Below are positions 12,637-22,486 of a DNA stretch of 64,000 nucleotides, piece after piece (position 1 is the first letter of the stretch; every line of letters starts with the position of its first letter). Where the stretch lies: IMG/VR virus record IMGVR_UViG_3300045988_082835. The stretch is one strand, 5' to 3'. Made by a program: the position numbers and the translations under genes. Under the pieces are notes generated by a model. The model worked only from the letters and a program-made list of their open reading frames with translations, made no database searches and was not told the DNA's origin. This stretch comes from a virus.

Positions 12637-13401
12637 ATGACAAAACAAGAGCGCGCAATCAAGGCACGAGCGCATTATGAAGATATTAAAACTAGACTTG
12701 CCGCAAACACTAAATTATCTATCGAGCGCACATATGTATATAGTCCAGATTCTTTTACACAGCATGAATCCGGCAATCAGAAACCAGCTTTTACTCTAAC
12801 AGATATGGATAGTGTATCTTGCCTATTCAATTTATCTAACAATGGTAGAACAGCAATTCTTAACTACGCCAGTTATAAAAACCCGGGTGGATTTTTTCTA
12901 GGAGGTAGTCCCGCGCAGGAAGAGGCTCTTTGTCATGAATCCAATCTTTACCCTATCCTTCTTGCTTTTGATGAAACGTATTACGCATGGAATCGACAGA
13001 GATTAAATAAGGCTTTATATTTAAATAGAGCGCTGTATTCTCCTAGCGTAGTATTCGAGCGCAATGACAAACAAAAGGAAGCAGATATTATAACTTGTGC
13101 GGCCCCGAATTTCCGAACGGCGCATAGATACCAGAGTGTGAGTAAGAGCGAGAATGATAGAGTTCTTGAAGATCGAATTCACTTTATGTATCAGATTGCT
13201 GAGGAAAACGGTGTGGAAAATCTAATCGCGGGAGCCTGGGGTTGTGGAGTTTTTATGCAAGATCCGTATACGGTCGCAACCTTGCTCATAGGCGCAGCCC
13301 GCAATTATAATATTCCAAATATTTATTTTGCAATTCCTGACCGCAACTCCCAGAATTTTAGGGCATTTTTGAAAGCAGGTAAAGAATGTATAAACAGTTA
13401 A
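12637..13401 (+). CDS. PARG-like macrodomain protein (DUF2263/TIGR02452-type)
   Basis: signature NPGGFFLGGSPAQEEAL (GGG-x-QEE) and AGAWGCGVF; RBS AAAGGAGG. Confidence 0.65.
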   Translation: MTKQERAIKARAHYEDIKTRLAANTKLSIERTYVYSPDSFTQHESGNQKPAFTLTDMDSVSCLFNLSNNGRTAILNYASYKNPGGFFLGGSPAQEEALCHESNLYPILLAFDETYYAWNRQRLNKALYLNRALYSPSVVFERNDKQKEADIITCAAPNFRTAHRYQSVSKSENDRVLEDRIHFMYQIAEENGVENLIAGAWGCGVFMQDPYTVATLLIGAARNYNIPNIYFAIPDRNSQNFRAFLKAGKECINS

Positions 13402-13823
13402 TTATAGCTAGAAAAGATTTAAATATGTCTCCAGGTAAGCTGGCCGCACAAGTTTCCCATGCTTCTATTGCTTTTCTTTTAGAGAAAATACTTTGGGGAA
13501 GCAAAGAAGTAGTTAGGGAAAGAGATGGTATTATGTATCATGTGAATGTAAGTCTCGATACAGATTTATACCATAATTGGATAATAGAAGCAGAAACTAA
13601 AGTTGTTTGTCGAGCGAAAAATAAGAATGATTTATTGCGGGCGGTCGAAGCAGCTAAAGAGCTCGGTATGGAGGAGTATAAAGATTACTTTTTGATTTAC
13701 GATGCTTGCAGGACAGAGCTGGAAAAAGAGAGTCCTGAAGGGACTCTCACTTGTATTGGATTTAGGCCAATGGAAGCTGAGGAGATTGATAAGATTGGCA
13801 GAAAATATCAATTATACCATTAA
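13386..13823 (+). CDS. pth2: peptidyl-tRNA hydrolase, PTH2 family
   Basis: LIIARKDLNMSPGKLAAQVSHASIAF and C-terminal TLTCIGF...IDKIG motifs typical of PTH2. Confidence 0.65.
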   Translation: MYKQLIIARKDLNMSPGKLAAQVSHASIAFLLEKILWGSKEVVRERDGIMYHVNVSLDTDLYHNWIIEAETKVVCRAKNKNDLLRAVEAAKELGMEEYKDYFLIYDACRTELEKESPEGTLTCIGFRPMEAEEIDKIGRKYQLYH

Positions 13824-14393
13824 GGGATAGAATGGAAAATGGCTTATTATAAAATTTAAGGGGAATGGAGCCTTATATTCTTTGTGTTTAAATTGCGGAT
13901 TCACTCATTCGTGTTATAAGGAAGATGGCGATTTATTAGTTACCTATGATGAAGCAGGAGAATATAATTTTTGCCCTAGTTGTGGAGAAAAGATGAAAGG
14001 TTAAAAGTTTAGCCTTTCATCTTTTTTTCGTTATTGAGATTGAAAGTACGATTTAGATTTTGAAATGGCGTGGCAGAACAAATTTGCGAAAAAATTTCCA
14101 GTTTTTCCCAAAATACACCCTCCCCTTTCACATGGTAAAGTGCTGAAGTGTAGTCAGCCTCTTTCACTCATTAAAGTATGAAAGTAAAAAGCCACGCCCT
14201 AAAGGAATACGCGCGCGTAAAGGATTTATGCAAATTGCACAGTTGAACAATGTTTATTTTGTGCAAAAGAGAGAGAAAGAAATTTCAAAAAACTATTGAC
14301 AAACAGGGCAAACGGGTGTAAACTGGACTTGTCCAGTAGAGGACAGGGCAAAACTCAATGTACCTTGAAAATTAAAAATTTTCAAAAAAAGTA

Positions 14394-14422
14394 TTGACAA
14401 GTCTTAAAAGACTTGATACAAT
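14394..14422 (+). promoter_or_regulatory. sigma70-like early promoter TTGACA-17-TGaTACAAT (second at 14296..14324)
   Basis: consensus hexamers with 17-nt spacer upstream of 14474. Confidence 0.5.
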
Positions 14423-14473
14423 ACAGGCAGAACACAAGAGAACCACACCACAAAAAGAAAGAGAGTAAAAAAG

Positions 14474-14851
14474 ATGAAAAAGATTGATTTTACTAATGAT
14501 GATAGGAAGGTCATCATGGAGTACCTAGCCGCTAAGCAAGCAGTAGCGGCGGCAGAGGTTGCAGAGAAAGCGGCCAAGGCCAAAGCGAAAGAGGTTTTCA
14601 CCCGTTTGGGGAAAGAGTTCAAGACCACGGATAAGACCTCTTATCTGTACGGCACAGTCCAGATAAAGGGCGCCGCTCATGCGGTGGTCTATAAAGAGAC
14701 TACCGCTAAAGGAGCGATAGACTGGAAAGCCTACGCTTTAGCTAAAGGCGGCACAGAGGCAGAGGCGGAGCAATACCGCAAGCGTCCGACGGTCAGAACC
14801 TCTCTTGATTGGGCAACGAAAGACCAGCAAAAAGAACTCAATCAGCAGTAG
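14474..14851 (+). CDS. hypothetical early protein (Ala/Lys-rich)
   Basis: ORF track; two sigma70-like promoters upstream; terminator downstream. Confidence 0.5.
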   Translation: MKKIDFTNDDRKVIMEYLAAKQAVAAAEVAEKAAKAKAKEVFTRLGKEFKTTDKTSYLYGTVQIKGAAHAVVYKETTAKGAIDWKAYALAKGGTEAEAEQYRKRPTVRTSLDWATKDQQKELNQQ

Positions 14852-14856
14852 TTTAT

Positions 14857-14897
14857 AAACCCTGCCTTGCAAAACCCAAGGCAAGGCAGGGTTATAT
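14857..14897 (+). terminator. rho-independent terminator
   Basis: AACCCTGCCTTGC..GCAAGGCAGGGTT hairpin plus T-tract. Confidence 0.55.
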
Positions 14898-15126
14898 AAT
14901 CAAAAGAAAGAAGGCTGTATTATGAGGTATCAGTTGCAGGTTTTAGTGGGTGACAAAATGCGATACTATGAGCCGTCTACTTTTGCACACGCAAGATGGA
15001 GAGTAGACCATGAGCTTGTCAATCCTGACTATTGGATTGTAGACCTGTCTACCGGCGAAGCTATCAAGTAACCATATACCACAAGAAGCTGACCTAACGG
15101 CTATACGGGGAGAAAGGATAAAAGAT

Positions 15127-15513
15127 ATGTCTAACTTCATCAAGTATTACACCAATCCCACCTTTAATAAGCCTGAGTTCGTGCGTGTTCTCCGTTACTC
15201 CATGAATGTGAAGGCGGCCGCTGTGGATGATGGTATCATCCTTGACTTAGACGCTTTTAATGCTATCTCTAAGGCCGTCATGCCACATTGGGCCTTTATC
15301 AATGCACGGTATATCAACAGCAAGCTTCACACTCGTCCTGCCTCTCTTGACGAGTATAAGGCCGCTCTGGATAAGGACACCACAGAACAGCTTTATATCA
15401 TTCGGGATAACTATTATAATGAGTATGACAGGGTAACTGCCAAAGAATGGGATAGGCTTAATGCCGAAATCCCTGGACGGTATGACCTTCTGGGGAAGGA
15501 GCCTGCGGTATGA
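15127..15513 (+). CDS. hypothetical early protein
   Basis: ORF track 128 aa. Confidence 0.5.
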   Translation: MSNFIKYYTNPTFNKPEFVRVLRYSMNVKAAAVDDGIILDLDAFNAISKAVMPHWAFINARYINSKLHTRPASLDEYKAALDKDTTEQLYIIRDNYYNEYDRVTAKEWDRLNAEIPGRYDLLGKEPAV

Positions 15514-15720
15514 GAGTGCTACGGTATATAGGAGGCGGCCTTTGCGCCGCTCTCCTTCTCTGGATTGCTTTGAGCTGGGCTGACATAGTAGCAGATAACA
15601 GCTATCCAAATCCACAGCATAGTGAGTATAACTTCTTTACTGTGATGTTTTAATATTCTATCCGGTAATCTGCACAAAGATTGCCGGATATTTTTGTGCA
15701 CTTTCCCATATTGACTTTTC

Positions 15721-15765
15721 GCCGGGCCGCCAGCGTGCGCCGCGGCCCGAATTTTTGTTTGTTCG
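15721..15765 (+). terminator. GC-rich terminator of the GGCCCG..CGGGCC-GAATTTTT family
   Basis: family recurs at 17271, 18241, 19371, 20826, 22350 and 24140. Confidence 0.5.
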
Positions 15766-15831
15766 GCAGTTTCAACAATTATATGGCCAAAAGTTTGTGC
15801 AATCTGCCGAGAATTTTTCTCCCGAAATCGC

Positions 15832-15860
15832 TTGACATTCCTTTGTGGGTATGGTATATT
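15832..15860 (+). promoter_or_regulatory. early promoter TTGACA-17-TATATT preceded by the conserved CCCGAAATCGC element
   Basis: motif also at 17383..17411 and 18336..18364. Confidence 0.5.
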
Positions 15861-15913
15861 ATACTTGTCCAGAGAGACAGACCACAAAAAGAATTTGAAA
15901 GGAAGTAAAAGAA

Positions 15914-16153
15914 ATGGTGTGCTTCAAAGACGTTGTGATTTTGTTCCGGCAATACTCTTTCTGTCTGGAAGAGGATGCGGCTATTCAGGTAATCGACAGC
16001 AATACCGGCGCACATTTCCGGTTTGACAAGGAATGGAAGCTCCAGCTCGGCGGTGACTTTTATGGCGATGACCTCAGCGCCCTGTTCAAGAAGCAGGTGA
16101 CTGAGATTGAAATGAGAGAAGAAGGTGGCGTTAATATCTACATTAACGCATAA
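15914..16153 (+). CDS. hypothetical small early protein
   Basis: ORF track; promoter 15832..15860 with leader. Confidence 0.45.
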   Translation: MVCFKDVVILFRQYSFCLEEDAAIQVIDSNTGAHFRFDKEWKLQLGGDFYGDDLSALFKKQVTEIEMREEGGVNIYINA

Positions 16154-16191
16154 GAAACTGCGGGAGTGGAGGTCTATGACTTCCACTCCCC

Positions 16192-16404
16192 ATGATAAAA
16201 AATTCTATGGAGGTCAATTTCCGCATGATTACAAGAGAACAGTATAATATGGCAGAAGAACAGTGGAGAAATCTGTGGCATATTCGCAATAATCTTTATG
16301 AACAACTTGCTTTTGTTAATTCAGCAATAAAAGAAATCGAAGATAAATATTTCAAGTTAGAAAAGGAGGGGATTATCAATGACTATCGAGAGACTTCCGC
16401 GTGA
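16192..16404 (+). CDS. hypothetical small early protein
   Basis: ORF track. Confidence 0.4.
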   Translation: MIKNSMEVNFRMITREQYNMAEEQWRNLWHIRNNLYEQLAFVNSAIKEIEDKYFKLEKEGIINDYRETSA

Positions 16405-16649
16405 ATATCCTATTGGTTCCACTGTTTGGACTAATAAGGGATACGGAACAGTTTTGGCAAGACTGGGGAAATATCACCTTATCTGGTTACAGAGGCTGGG
16501 GCTGGCATAAGTCAGTCCTTGCTTTTTTCAAAAAAATATATTATAATAATTATAGAAAAATAAAGAAAGGAGTTTTTCTAATGACCTTAGAAGTGCTGAA
16601 AGCACTCGCGGTTATTTTTGGAGTTCTGTTTGAACTAGGATTCTTGTAA
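16401..16649 (+). CDS. hypothetical small protein with C-terminal TM helix
   Basis: ORF track. Confidence 0.4.
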   Translation: MNILLVPLFGLIRDTEQFWQDWGNITLSGYRGWGWHKSVLAFFKKIYYNNYRKIKKGVFLMTLEVLKALAVIFGVLFELGFL

Positions 16650-16786
16650 GAATTGTCCTATGGCTCAGTTCTGCCAGAAAATGCCTTGCGAGTGGTAATT
16701 ATTCCCTCCGATTGTTACAAATCGGCGATTCCCGTGATGGAGTCGTTTTTCGCACGAACCTAGGTCACTAGAATTTATTTATCAAA

Positions 16787-17023
16787 ATGCAAGAAACTAC
16801 TTTCTCAAGGAAATTGGATTCAAGTGGGCGCATCATGATTCCCGTAAGACTACGAGAGTAGATGGGCCTTGTTTCTGGTCAAGAATATTATTTCACTACT
16901 ATGGTAAAGGATGGCAGAAAATATATTTGTATCGACTGTGGCTCCGTTGACAATACTTCTCTTGAAGAAGCTATGCGAATTATACAAGCAAATGGAATGA
17001 AAATTGTTGAAAGTACCGATTGA
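16787..17023 (+). CDS. AbrB/MazE-family (SpoVT_AbrB fold) DNA-binding protein, one in-frame TAG
   Basis: RKLDSSGRIMIPVRLREQMGLVSGQEYYF resembles the swapped-hairpin AbrB N-domain; start uncertain (16712..16787). Confidence 0.5.
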
Positions 17024-17382
17024 CTTCCCGAAATTCTTATGTTAAAATTAAGTTATCAAAAGAAAGGAAGTTGAGAGATATGTATGAATTTGAGATTTTG
17101 CTTGAAAATGGCTCGACCGACAATATCTCTGGTTATTCCTATGAAGATGCTCTTTTCCGGTCTCGACGTAAACCTGAAGAGGTTGTAAAAGTTTTAAATC
17201 GAGAATATGTAGATTGAGATTTTCCTCCCAAAATGGGAGGAATTTCTTTTCCAATTCAAAATATATTGTTCAGCCGGCCGCGCATGAGCGCAGCGGCCGG
17301 AATTTTTTGTCAAGAGGCAATTTGCACAATTTTTGGATCAGTTTATTGGTGAAATTGACGGAAAGAAATTTCCCAAAATCGC

Positions 17383-17411
17383 TTGACTTTTCTCTCTCAT
17401 TCTGATATACT
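17383..17411 (+). promoter_or_regulatory. early promoter TTGACT-17-TATACT
   Basis: hexamers and spacing. Confidence 0.45.
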
Positions 17412-17463
17412 TAAACCATCAAGAGGGGAGAACAAAAGCCCTCAAGAAAGGGAGTAAAAGAAA

Positions 17464-17703
17464 ATGAAAAGCTATGTGGTTATGGCTGATAATCGTGAGA
17501 AGATTATCTGTGTATCTGATGATCTGCGGTTAGCTCGTGGCGCGGGCTGGGACTGGCTGAAAAAGCAATATAATCCCGATAACTGGCAGGATATTCTGGA
17601 GGATATGGACTACGAAAGCGAAAACGACCTGCGGCATGATATGCTCCTTGGGGCCTGCTGGGAAAATTTCGACATGGAAATTATCGAGGTAGAGAGGGTA
17701 TAA
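17464..17703 (+). CDS. hypothetical early protein
   Basis: ORF track; promoter 17383..17411. Confidence 0.45.
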   Translation: MKSYVVMADNREKIICVSDDLRLARGAGWDWLKKQYNPDNWQDILEDMDYESENDLRHDMLLGACWENFDMEIIEVERV

Positions 17704-17878
17704 TCCCTCTCTACCGCAGGAGGAACTAGCATGACCACTTTTATCATAATTGTTCTTGCCATTTGCCTGACTATCCAGTATGTGACCGCTATAATAAAAA
17801 ACCATTTCCTGCTTGCTATACTTTTCGCCGCCGAAATTATAATGTTTGGATATATTATAAATACTCCGATATAAAGGG

Positions 17879-17907
17879 TTGACAAATCCAACCCTTTATG
17901 ATATAAT
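17879..17907 (+). promoter_or_regulatory. early promoter TTGACA-17-TGaTATAAT
   Basis: hexamers and spacing. Confidence 0.5.
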
Positions 17908-17957
17908 AATACCATCAAGAGAAGGAAAACTCTATAAAACCAGAAAGGAAGTATGTT

Positions 17958-18197
17958 ATGACTATCAAGATGCCCAAGATGACCGAGGAAGATAGGGACA
18001 GTCTGATTGCTCTTCATACAGCAATGCGTTTGATAGACCGGAGTTCGGCCGACTCCGCTTTGGTTCAGTCTTTGGGGAAGTTCCTGCGTGAAGATACCTG
18101 TACTCCCGATGACGCGGCCACTATTTTGAAGGCGGTCTTCGACGAAGAGGCTGACCGCAGAGCTAACGAAATTGGCATTGATTTCCCTATGATGTAA
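17958..18197 (+). CDS. hypothetical early protein
   Basis: ORF track; promoter 17879..17907; terminator 18199..18236. Confidence 0.45.
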   Translation: MTIKMPKMTEEDRDSLIALHTAMRLIDRSSADSALVQSLGKFLREDTCTPDDAATILKAVFDEEADRRANEIGIDFPMM

Positions 18198-18198
18198 A

Positions 18199-18236
18199 AG
18201 AAATGCTCCCGGTTTTCCGGGAGCTTCTTTTTTATT
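18199..18236 (+). terminator. rho-independent terminator
   Basis: GCTCCCGG-TTTT-CCGGGAGC + T8. Confidence 0.6.
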
Positions 18237-18335
18237 TGCATAATATTGGGCGGATCGCGCAGGGTTGGCGCGATCCGAATTTTCTATGATTAGCAGTTTC
18301 AACAAAATATGTTTGCAAATGTTGTGCATTTTGAC

Positions 18336-18364
18336 GATTGACACTTCTCCCGAAATCTGCTATA
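18336..18364 (+). promoter_or_regulatory. early promoter TTGACA-17-TATACT
   Basis: hexamers and spacing. Confidence 0.45.
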
Positions 18365-18431
18365 CTATTAAATGTAAAGAGGGGAAACGAGTAAAACCTC
18401 TCAAATTAAAACAGAAAGGGAGTTTTTAGAA

Positions 18432-18827
18432 ATGCGTGTTACTAAGAGAATTGAAGAATATGTTCGTGACGAGGTTCGCAAGATTTCTGCCTGTAAGGAG
18501 GCGGCTATCCGGGAGAGGTATCAGCCAGAGTTCGACGCGCTGGAGGCTTTTAAGGAGGCTATCGTCAAGTCGGCCAATGAGCTGGGCGATACTATCCAGG
18601 CGGAAATGCAGGCTAAGGGCTATAAGACTTCCAGATATTGCGAGAATGTCATCCAGACCTGCACTTGCGGCATTTATACTCCGGCCAAGAAAAAAATGGA
18701 TGATGAAATCGCAGAGATTAACACATGGATTAACGAGCAGACCCGGCTCATGTGCGTCAAATTGGAAATGGGTGGAGATATGAACACCTTAACAGCCATG
18801 CTTGAGGAACTGCGCAAGGAGTTTTAA
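18432..18827 (+). CDS. hypothetical early protein
   Basis: ORF track; promoter 18336..18364. Confidence 0.45.
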   Translation: MRVTKRIEEYVRDEVRKISACKEAAIRERYQPEFDALEAFKEAIVKSANELGDTIQAEMQAKGYKTSRYCENVIQTCTCGIYTPAKKKMDDEIAEINTWINEQTRLMCVKLEMGGDMNTLTAMLEELRKEF

Positions 18828-18857
18828 GGAAGGAGGTAGAGAGGGCAAGCAATAGCC

Positions 18858-19337
18858 TTGCCCTCTCTAATAAAAAAAATGAAAGTAACTGGCATTGTGC
18901 GGCGCATTGATGATCTCGGCCGGGTAGTAATTCCTAAGGAAATTCGTCGGAATATGAATATTCGGGAAGGCGACCCGCTAGAAATCTTTATTGAAGATGG
19001 CGGGGTGGTTTTCAAGAAATATTCCCTACTATCTTCTTTTGCTCCTCAGGCCGCACATATTCAAAAAGTTTTAAGCATTAACGGCATTTCAGCGTCGGTT
19101 TTTGATAATTCAAGTCTTTTGTGCGGCCCTCGCCCCTTCGGAATGTCAAAGACCCCGGATGAATGGTTCAATATTCGTAATTGGGGTACTGAATGGAAGG
19201 GAAAATCGTTGTTTGTTACTCCTATTATTGCAGAAGGTGAGGTAATCGGCTTTATTTGCTATAAAAACGATAAAGAATCAGCGCATGATATGGTTCGACT
19301 TTCTGCGCAATTTCTAGCTCAATTTGCAGAAAATTAA
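18858..19337 (+). CDS. SpoVT/AbrB-family transcriptional regulator (AbrB N-domain plus C-terminal domain)
   Basis: MKVTGIVRRIDDLGRVVIPKEIRRNMNIREGDPLEIF closely matches the AbrB/SpoVT N-terminus; 159 aa like SpoVT. Confidence 0.7.
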   Translation: MPSLIKKMKVTGIVRRIDDLGRVVIPKEIRRNMNIREGDPLEIFIEDGGVVFKKYSLLSSFAPQAAHIQKVLSINGISASVFDNSSLLCGPRPFGMSKTPDEWFNIRNWGTEWKGKSLFVTPIIAEGEVIGFICYKNDKESAHDMVRLSAQFLAQFAEN

Positions 19338-19370
19338 AGAGGGCTTCGGCCCTCTTTTTTATACCAAAAT
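19337..19370 (+). terminator. rho-independent terminator
   Basis: AGAGGGCTTCGGCCCTCT + T-tract (same hairpin at 22318 and 54148). Confidence 0.6.
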
Positions 19371-19423
19371 TTCGACGGCGCGCTGACGCTCACAGCGCGC
19401 CGAGTTTTCTTGTTTGTAAGTTC

Positions 19424-19492
19424 TGCACAATTTTTGACTTGAAATCTTGTGCAAAATGTCATCTTGCAATTATCCTTAAATTATGGTATTAT
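19424..19492 (+). promoter_or_regulatory. regulatory cassette: operator-like palindrome TGCACAA-N16-TTGTGCA then promoter TTGCAA-17-TGGTATTAT; near-identical copy at 20881..20949
   Basis: about 70-bp duplicated block; inverted half-sites. Confidence 0.5.
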
Positions 19493-19519
19493 TAGTACAG
19501 AAAGAAGGAGGGACACTAA

Positions 19520-19744
19520 ATGAAACCTTCAAAGTTTATTCGGCCTAATGAGTGTTTAACTGTGGCTGAAATCTACCGCCGCCAATTTGGTGGTACTACC
19601 ACCCCAGAGAATTATGGGATCTATATGCAAGCTATTCTTTTGCGCGACCCTCTAATTTATGTGGATTATACGTCAATGCCTTATAAGGTATATCGGCATA
19701 AAAATTTCTTTGAAAAACTTGTTGACAAGATAGGCAACAGGTAG
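19520..19744 (+). CDS. hypothetical early protein
   Basis: ORF track; promoter 19464..19492 with flanking operator palindrome. Confidence 0.4.
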   Translation: MKPSKFIRPNECLTVAEIYRRQFGGTTTPENYGIYMQAILLRDPLIYVDYTSMPYKVYRHKNFFEKLVDKIGNR

Positions 19745-19774
19745 TATAATAAAACAAAAGGAGGTTATATATAT

Positions 19775-20239
19775 ATGATAACTAAAAAAATGCTCTGCTT
19801 TGATATGGACGGGACAATTGCAGATCTATACGCAGTCCCCAACTGGCTTGAAAAACTCCGCGATGGAGACCCCAGCCCATTCCGAGACGCCGCCCCCATG
19901 TGGGATATGAACGCCCTCCGAAATGCGCTTCTAAACGCAATTAGTAACGGGTGGGAGGTTCGAGTTATTACATGGTTGCCCCCTGAAAGCCCCCCTGAAT
20001 ATAAGAAAGCAGTCACAGCCGCCAAAAAGGAATGGCTTGCAAGGCATAAATTTCCGGCCCATAAATGCCATTGTGTGGCGTATGGAACAACTAAAGCTAA
20101 ATGTGTATTCCGTAGTTTCTATGAACCGCCGTTTATCCTCTTTGATGATAACGGCAAAATTAGAAACGGCTGGCATTTAGGGGATACCGTAGACCCCCAA
20201 ACTACAAACATTATTGAATATATCAACAATCTGGACTAA
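19775..20239 (+). CDS. HAD-superfamily hydrolase, probable 5'(3')-deoxyribonucleotidase
   Basis: motif I MLCFDMDGTIADL (DxDGT). Confidence 0.55.
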   Translation: MITKKMLCFDMDGTIADLYAVPNWLEKLRDGDPSPFRDAAPMWDMNALRNALLNAISNGWEVRVITWLPPESPPEYKKAVTAAKKEWLARHKFPAHKCHCVAYGTTKAKCVFRSFYEPPFILFDDNGKIRNGWHLGDTVDPQTTNIIEYINNLD

Positions 20240-20242
20240 ATA

Positions 20243-20273
20243 AAAGGGGCGGGTGAAATCCCCGCCCCATATC
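20243..20273 (+). terminator. rho-independent terminator
   Basis: GGGGCGGG-TGAAAT-CCCGCCCC. Confidence 0.55.
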
Positions 20274-20295
20274 TGGAAAATACGTAAAAAAGTTC

Positions 20296-20324
20296 TTGAC
20301 AATCTCACCGCATTGTGGTATAAT
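20296..20324 (+). promoter_or_regulatory. early promoter TTGACA-17-TGGTATAAT
   Basis: perfect consensus. Confidence 0.55.
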
Positions 20325-20549
20325 TTAATCATCAAGAGGGGATAACCCTCATAAAAGAAAGGAAGCTTTACTATGATGAATTTCTACTTTAAGACTGCGG
20401 CGGGCCATGTGTTCGTGGGTGTCGGTAAGGATGTTGACCGTGCCCGTTCTGATGCCAAGCGCAAGGCCGGTTCTCTTTGGTCGCCTTCGGCCAAGTGCTT
20501 CAAAATCGGGAACGCCATTTAAGGCGTTCCCAATAGAAAGAAAAGTTAT

Positions 20550-20786
20550 ATGAGAGTTAAAATTTCAATTTCTATCCAGCGTGAGTTAGAGGTCGATCAT
20601 CCTATCTTCCAACAGCTGGCCGATATTCATAGAAAAGGCCCGGCTTCAGTTGCAAACGATATTATGTATGATATTGCCACTAAAGAAATTGAGAGAGTGA
20701 CAGGAATTTCCACTGATTACAATAAATCTATCTCCATCACCAGCGTAGATGCTCTGCCTGATGAAACACCAATTTTAGAGTTTTAA
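20550..20786 (+). CDS. hypothetical early protein
   Basis: ORF track. Confidence 0.4.
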   Translation: MRVKISISIQRELEVDHPIFQQLADIHRKGPASVANDIMYDIATKEIERVTGISTDYNKSISITSVDALPDETPILEF

Positions 20787-21062
20787 AAAAATCCTCCCTA
20801 AATGGGAGAATTTTTTATATAAAGAAAATCAGCGGCCCGCGCTTGAGCGCCGCGGGCCGAATTTTTTTCTGTTGTAATGTTGCACAATTTTCAAGCAGAA
20901 ATCTTGTGCAAAATGCCATCTTGCAATTATCCTGAAACTATGGTATTATTATCATGTCAGGAGGAAAGGAAAAAGTTCTCCAGAGTAGGGTAAAGAGTCC
21001 CTTTTGTGAGAGAGGTTATCGCGACGCCTTTTTCAACGGAGAAAAAAAATATAAAATCCCTC

Positions 21063-21091
21063 TTGACACCAAGCCTTAAATGTGCTATAAT
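21063..21091 (+). promoter_or_regulatory. early promoter TTGACA-17-TGcTATAAT
   Basis: perfect consensus. Confidence 0.55.
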
Positions 21092-21125
21092 GATACCACC
21101 AAGAGAAGAAAGGACTTGATAGATT

Positions 21126-21950
21126 ATGATTGATAAACGCCGACATTATGTGCTGGTGGTTGATACAGAAACCGCCAACACATTAACCGAGACTGTCCCC
21201 GCTGAAATTGGGGAAGATGGGGAAATTATTACTCCAGAGCGCGTCCGTATGGATATGTCAAATGTTTTGGTATATGACTGCGGCTGGGCGGTCGTAGACA
21301 CCAAAGGCAATATTTACGAAACCGCAAGTTTTGTAAATCGGGATATTTTCAATGACGAGCGGGATTTAATGCGGACGGCCTATTATAACTGGAAAATCCC
21401 CCGGTATGTAGAGGAATTGCGGGCTGGCAGTCGCAAGATGGCTACTACCTATGAAATCCGTCAGGCCATGCTGGACACTATCGAGCGGTACGGCATTAAG
21501 GAGGTCGCCGCATATAATGCCCGCTTCGATGATAACGCCCTTCGGGTCACTCAGCGTTGGGTCACTTGTTCCAAATTCCGGTATTGGTTCCCATTTGACA
21601 GCGTGGAAATTTGGGACATTATGAAAATGACGCAAGATGTCATTTGCCAGATGCCCACCTATAAGAAATTCTGTGAGGAACACGGGTATGTGCAGGCTAA
21701 TGGCGTTCCCCGCAAGACTGCGGAAATCGTGTGGCGGTTTATCTCCGGCAACACTGATTTTGAGGAAAGCCACACGGGACTGGAAGATGTTCTGATTGAG
21801 GCGGAAATCATGTGGTACTGTATGCGCCAGCATAAGCCCATGAGAAAGGCCCTGTATGAGAACAAGCGGGAGTTTCCGCCCATGACAGATTTTCAGCGTC
21901 AGCTTTCCGCAAGTTTGCGGCAGATTCCGACAATCCGGGTCGGGGCTTAA
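21126..21950 (+). CDS. DEDDh-type 3'-5' exonuclease (DnaQ/RNase T-like)
   Basis: VLVVDTETAN (ExoI), AAYNARFDDNAL (ExoII), HTGLEDVLIEAEIMW (ExoIII). Confidence 0.6.
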   Translation: MIDKRRHYVLVVDTETANTLTETVPAEIGEDGEIITPERVRMDMSNVLVYDCGWAVVDTKGNIYETASFVNRDIFNDERDLMRTAYYNWKIPRYVEELRAGSRKMATTYEIRQAMLDTIERYGIKEVAAYNARFDDNALRVTQRWVTCSKFRYWFPFDSVEIWDIMKMTQDVICQMPTYKKFCEEHGYVQANGVPRKTAEIVWRFISGNTDFEESHTGLEDVLIEAEIMWYCMRQHKPMRKALYENKREFPPMTDFQRQLSASLRQIPTIRVGA

Positions 21951-22486
21951 TGCCCCGCCCGGTAGAAGGAGAAATAAGAAATGTTTCAGGGATTAAAGAA
22001 TAAGGCTATTCGCTTCCTACTTGAGCGGACGTGCCCAGATGTATTTACCATCAAGGCCATGCTTTCCAAGGTAACGCAGAAAGAAATGCAGTTTTATGCC
22101 GACCAGTTCTACTCAAAGAAAGAGGGTTAAATATGCAAACAAGAATTGTATATACTTCTTCCCTTTGTCCCGATGCCGTTTTCACGGCGCTTGAAATCAT
22201 CAAGCGTATGGGATGGAGCCATGATGAACCCGATGAAAACGGGGATATACTGGTATCCATCCCCGCCGAGGATGAACACCTGTTCGACTTTTTAGATAAC
22301 TGCCTTTTCGGATAAAAAGAGGGCTTCGGCCTTCTTTTTTTGTTTTATATTTTGGCGGGTCGCGCATGGGCGGCGCGACCCGATTTTTTCCTTGTAAATG
22401 TTGCACAAAAAATTTGATTCCGTTTTGTGCAACATTTTGCACAAAAACCCTATCCCAAAATCACGTTCTTTTGGAGGATCTCACAA

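Noticed and set aside
15247-18344. Minus-strand ORFs 15247..15615, 15519..15887, 15779..16186, 17610..18344 and 17530..17805 in the early region
   Set aside because: They lie antisense to a dense series of plus-strand promoters, genes and terminators. No RBS. Low-complexity translations.
20957-21100. 47-codon ORF (MSGGKEKVLQSR..) after the duplicated operator-promoter cassette
   Set aside because: There is no SD. The region more likely serves as the leader or promoter context for the 21126 gene.
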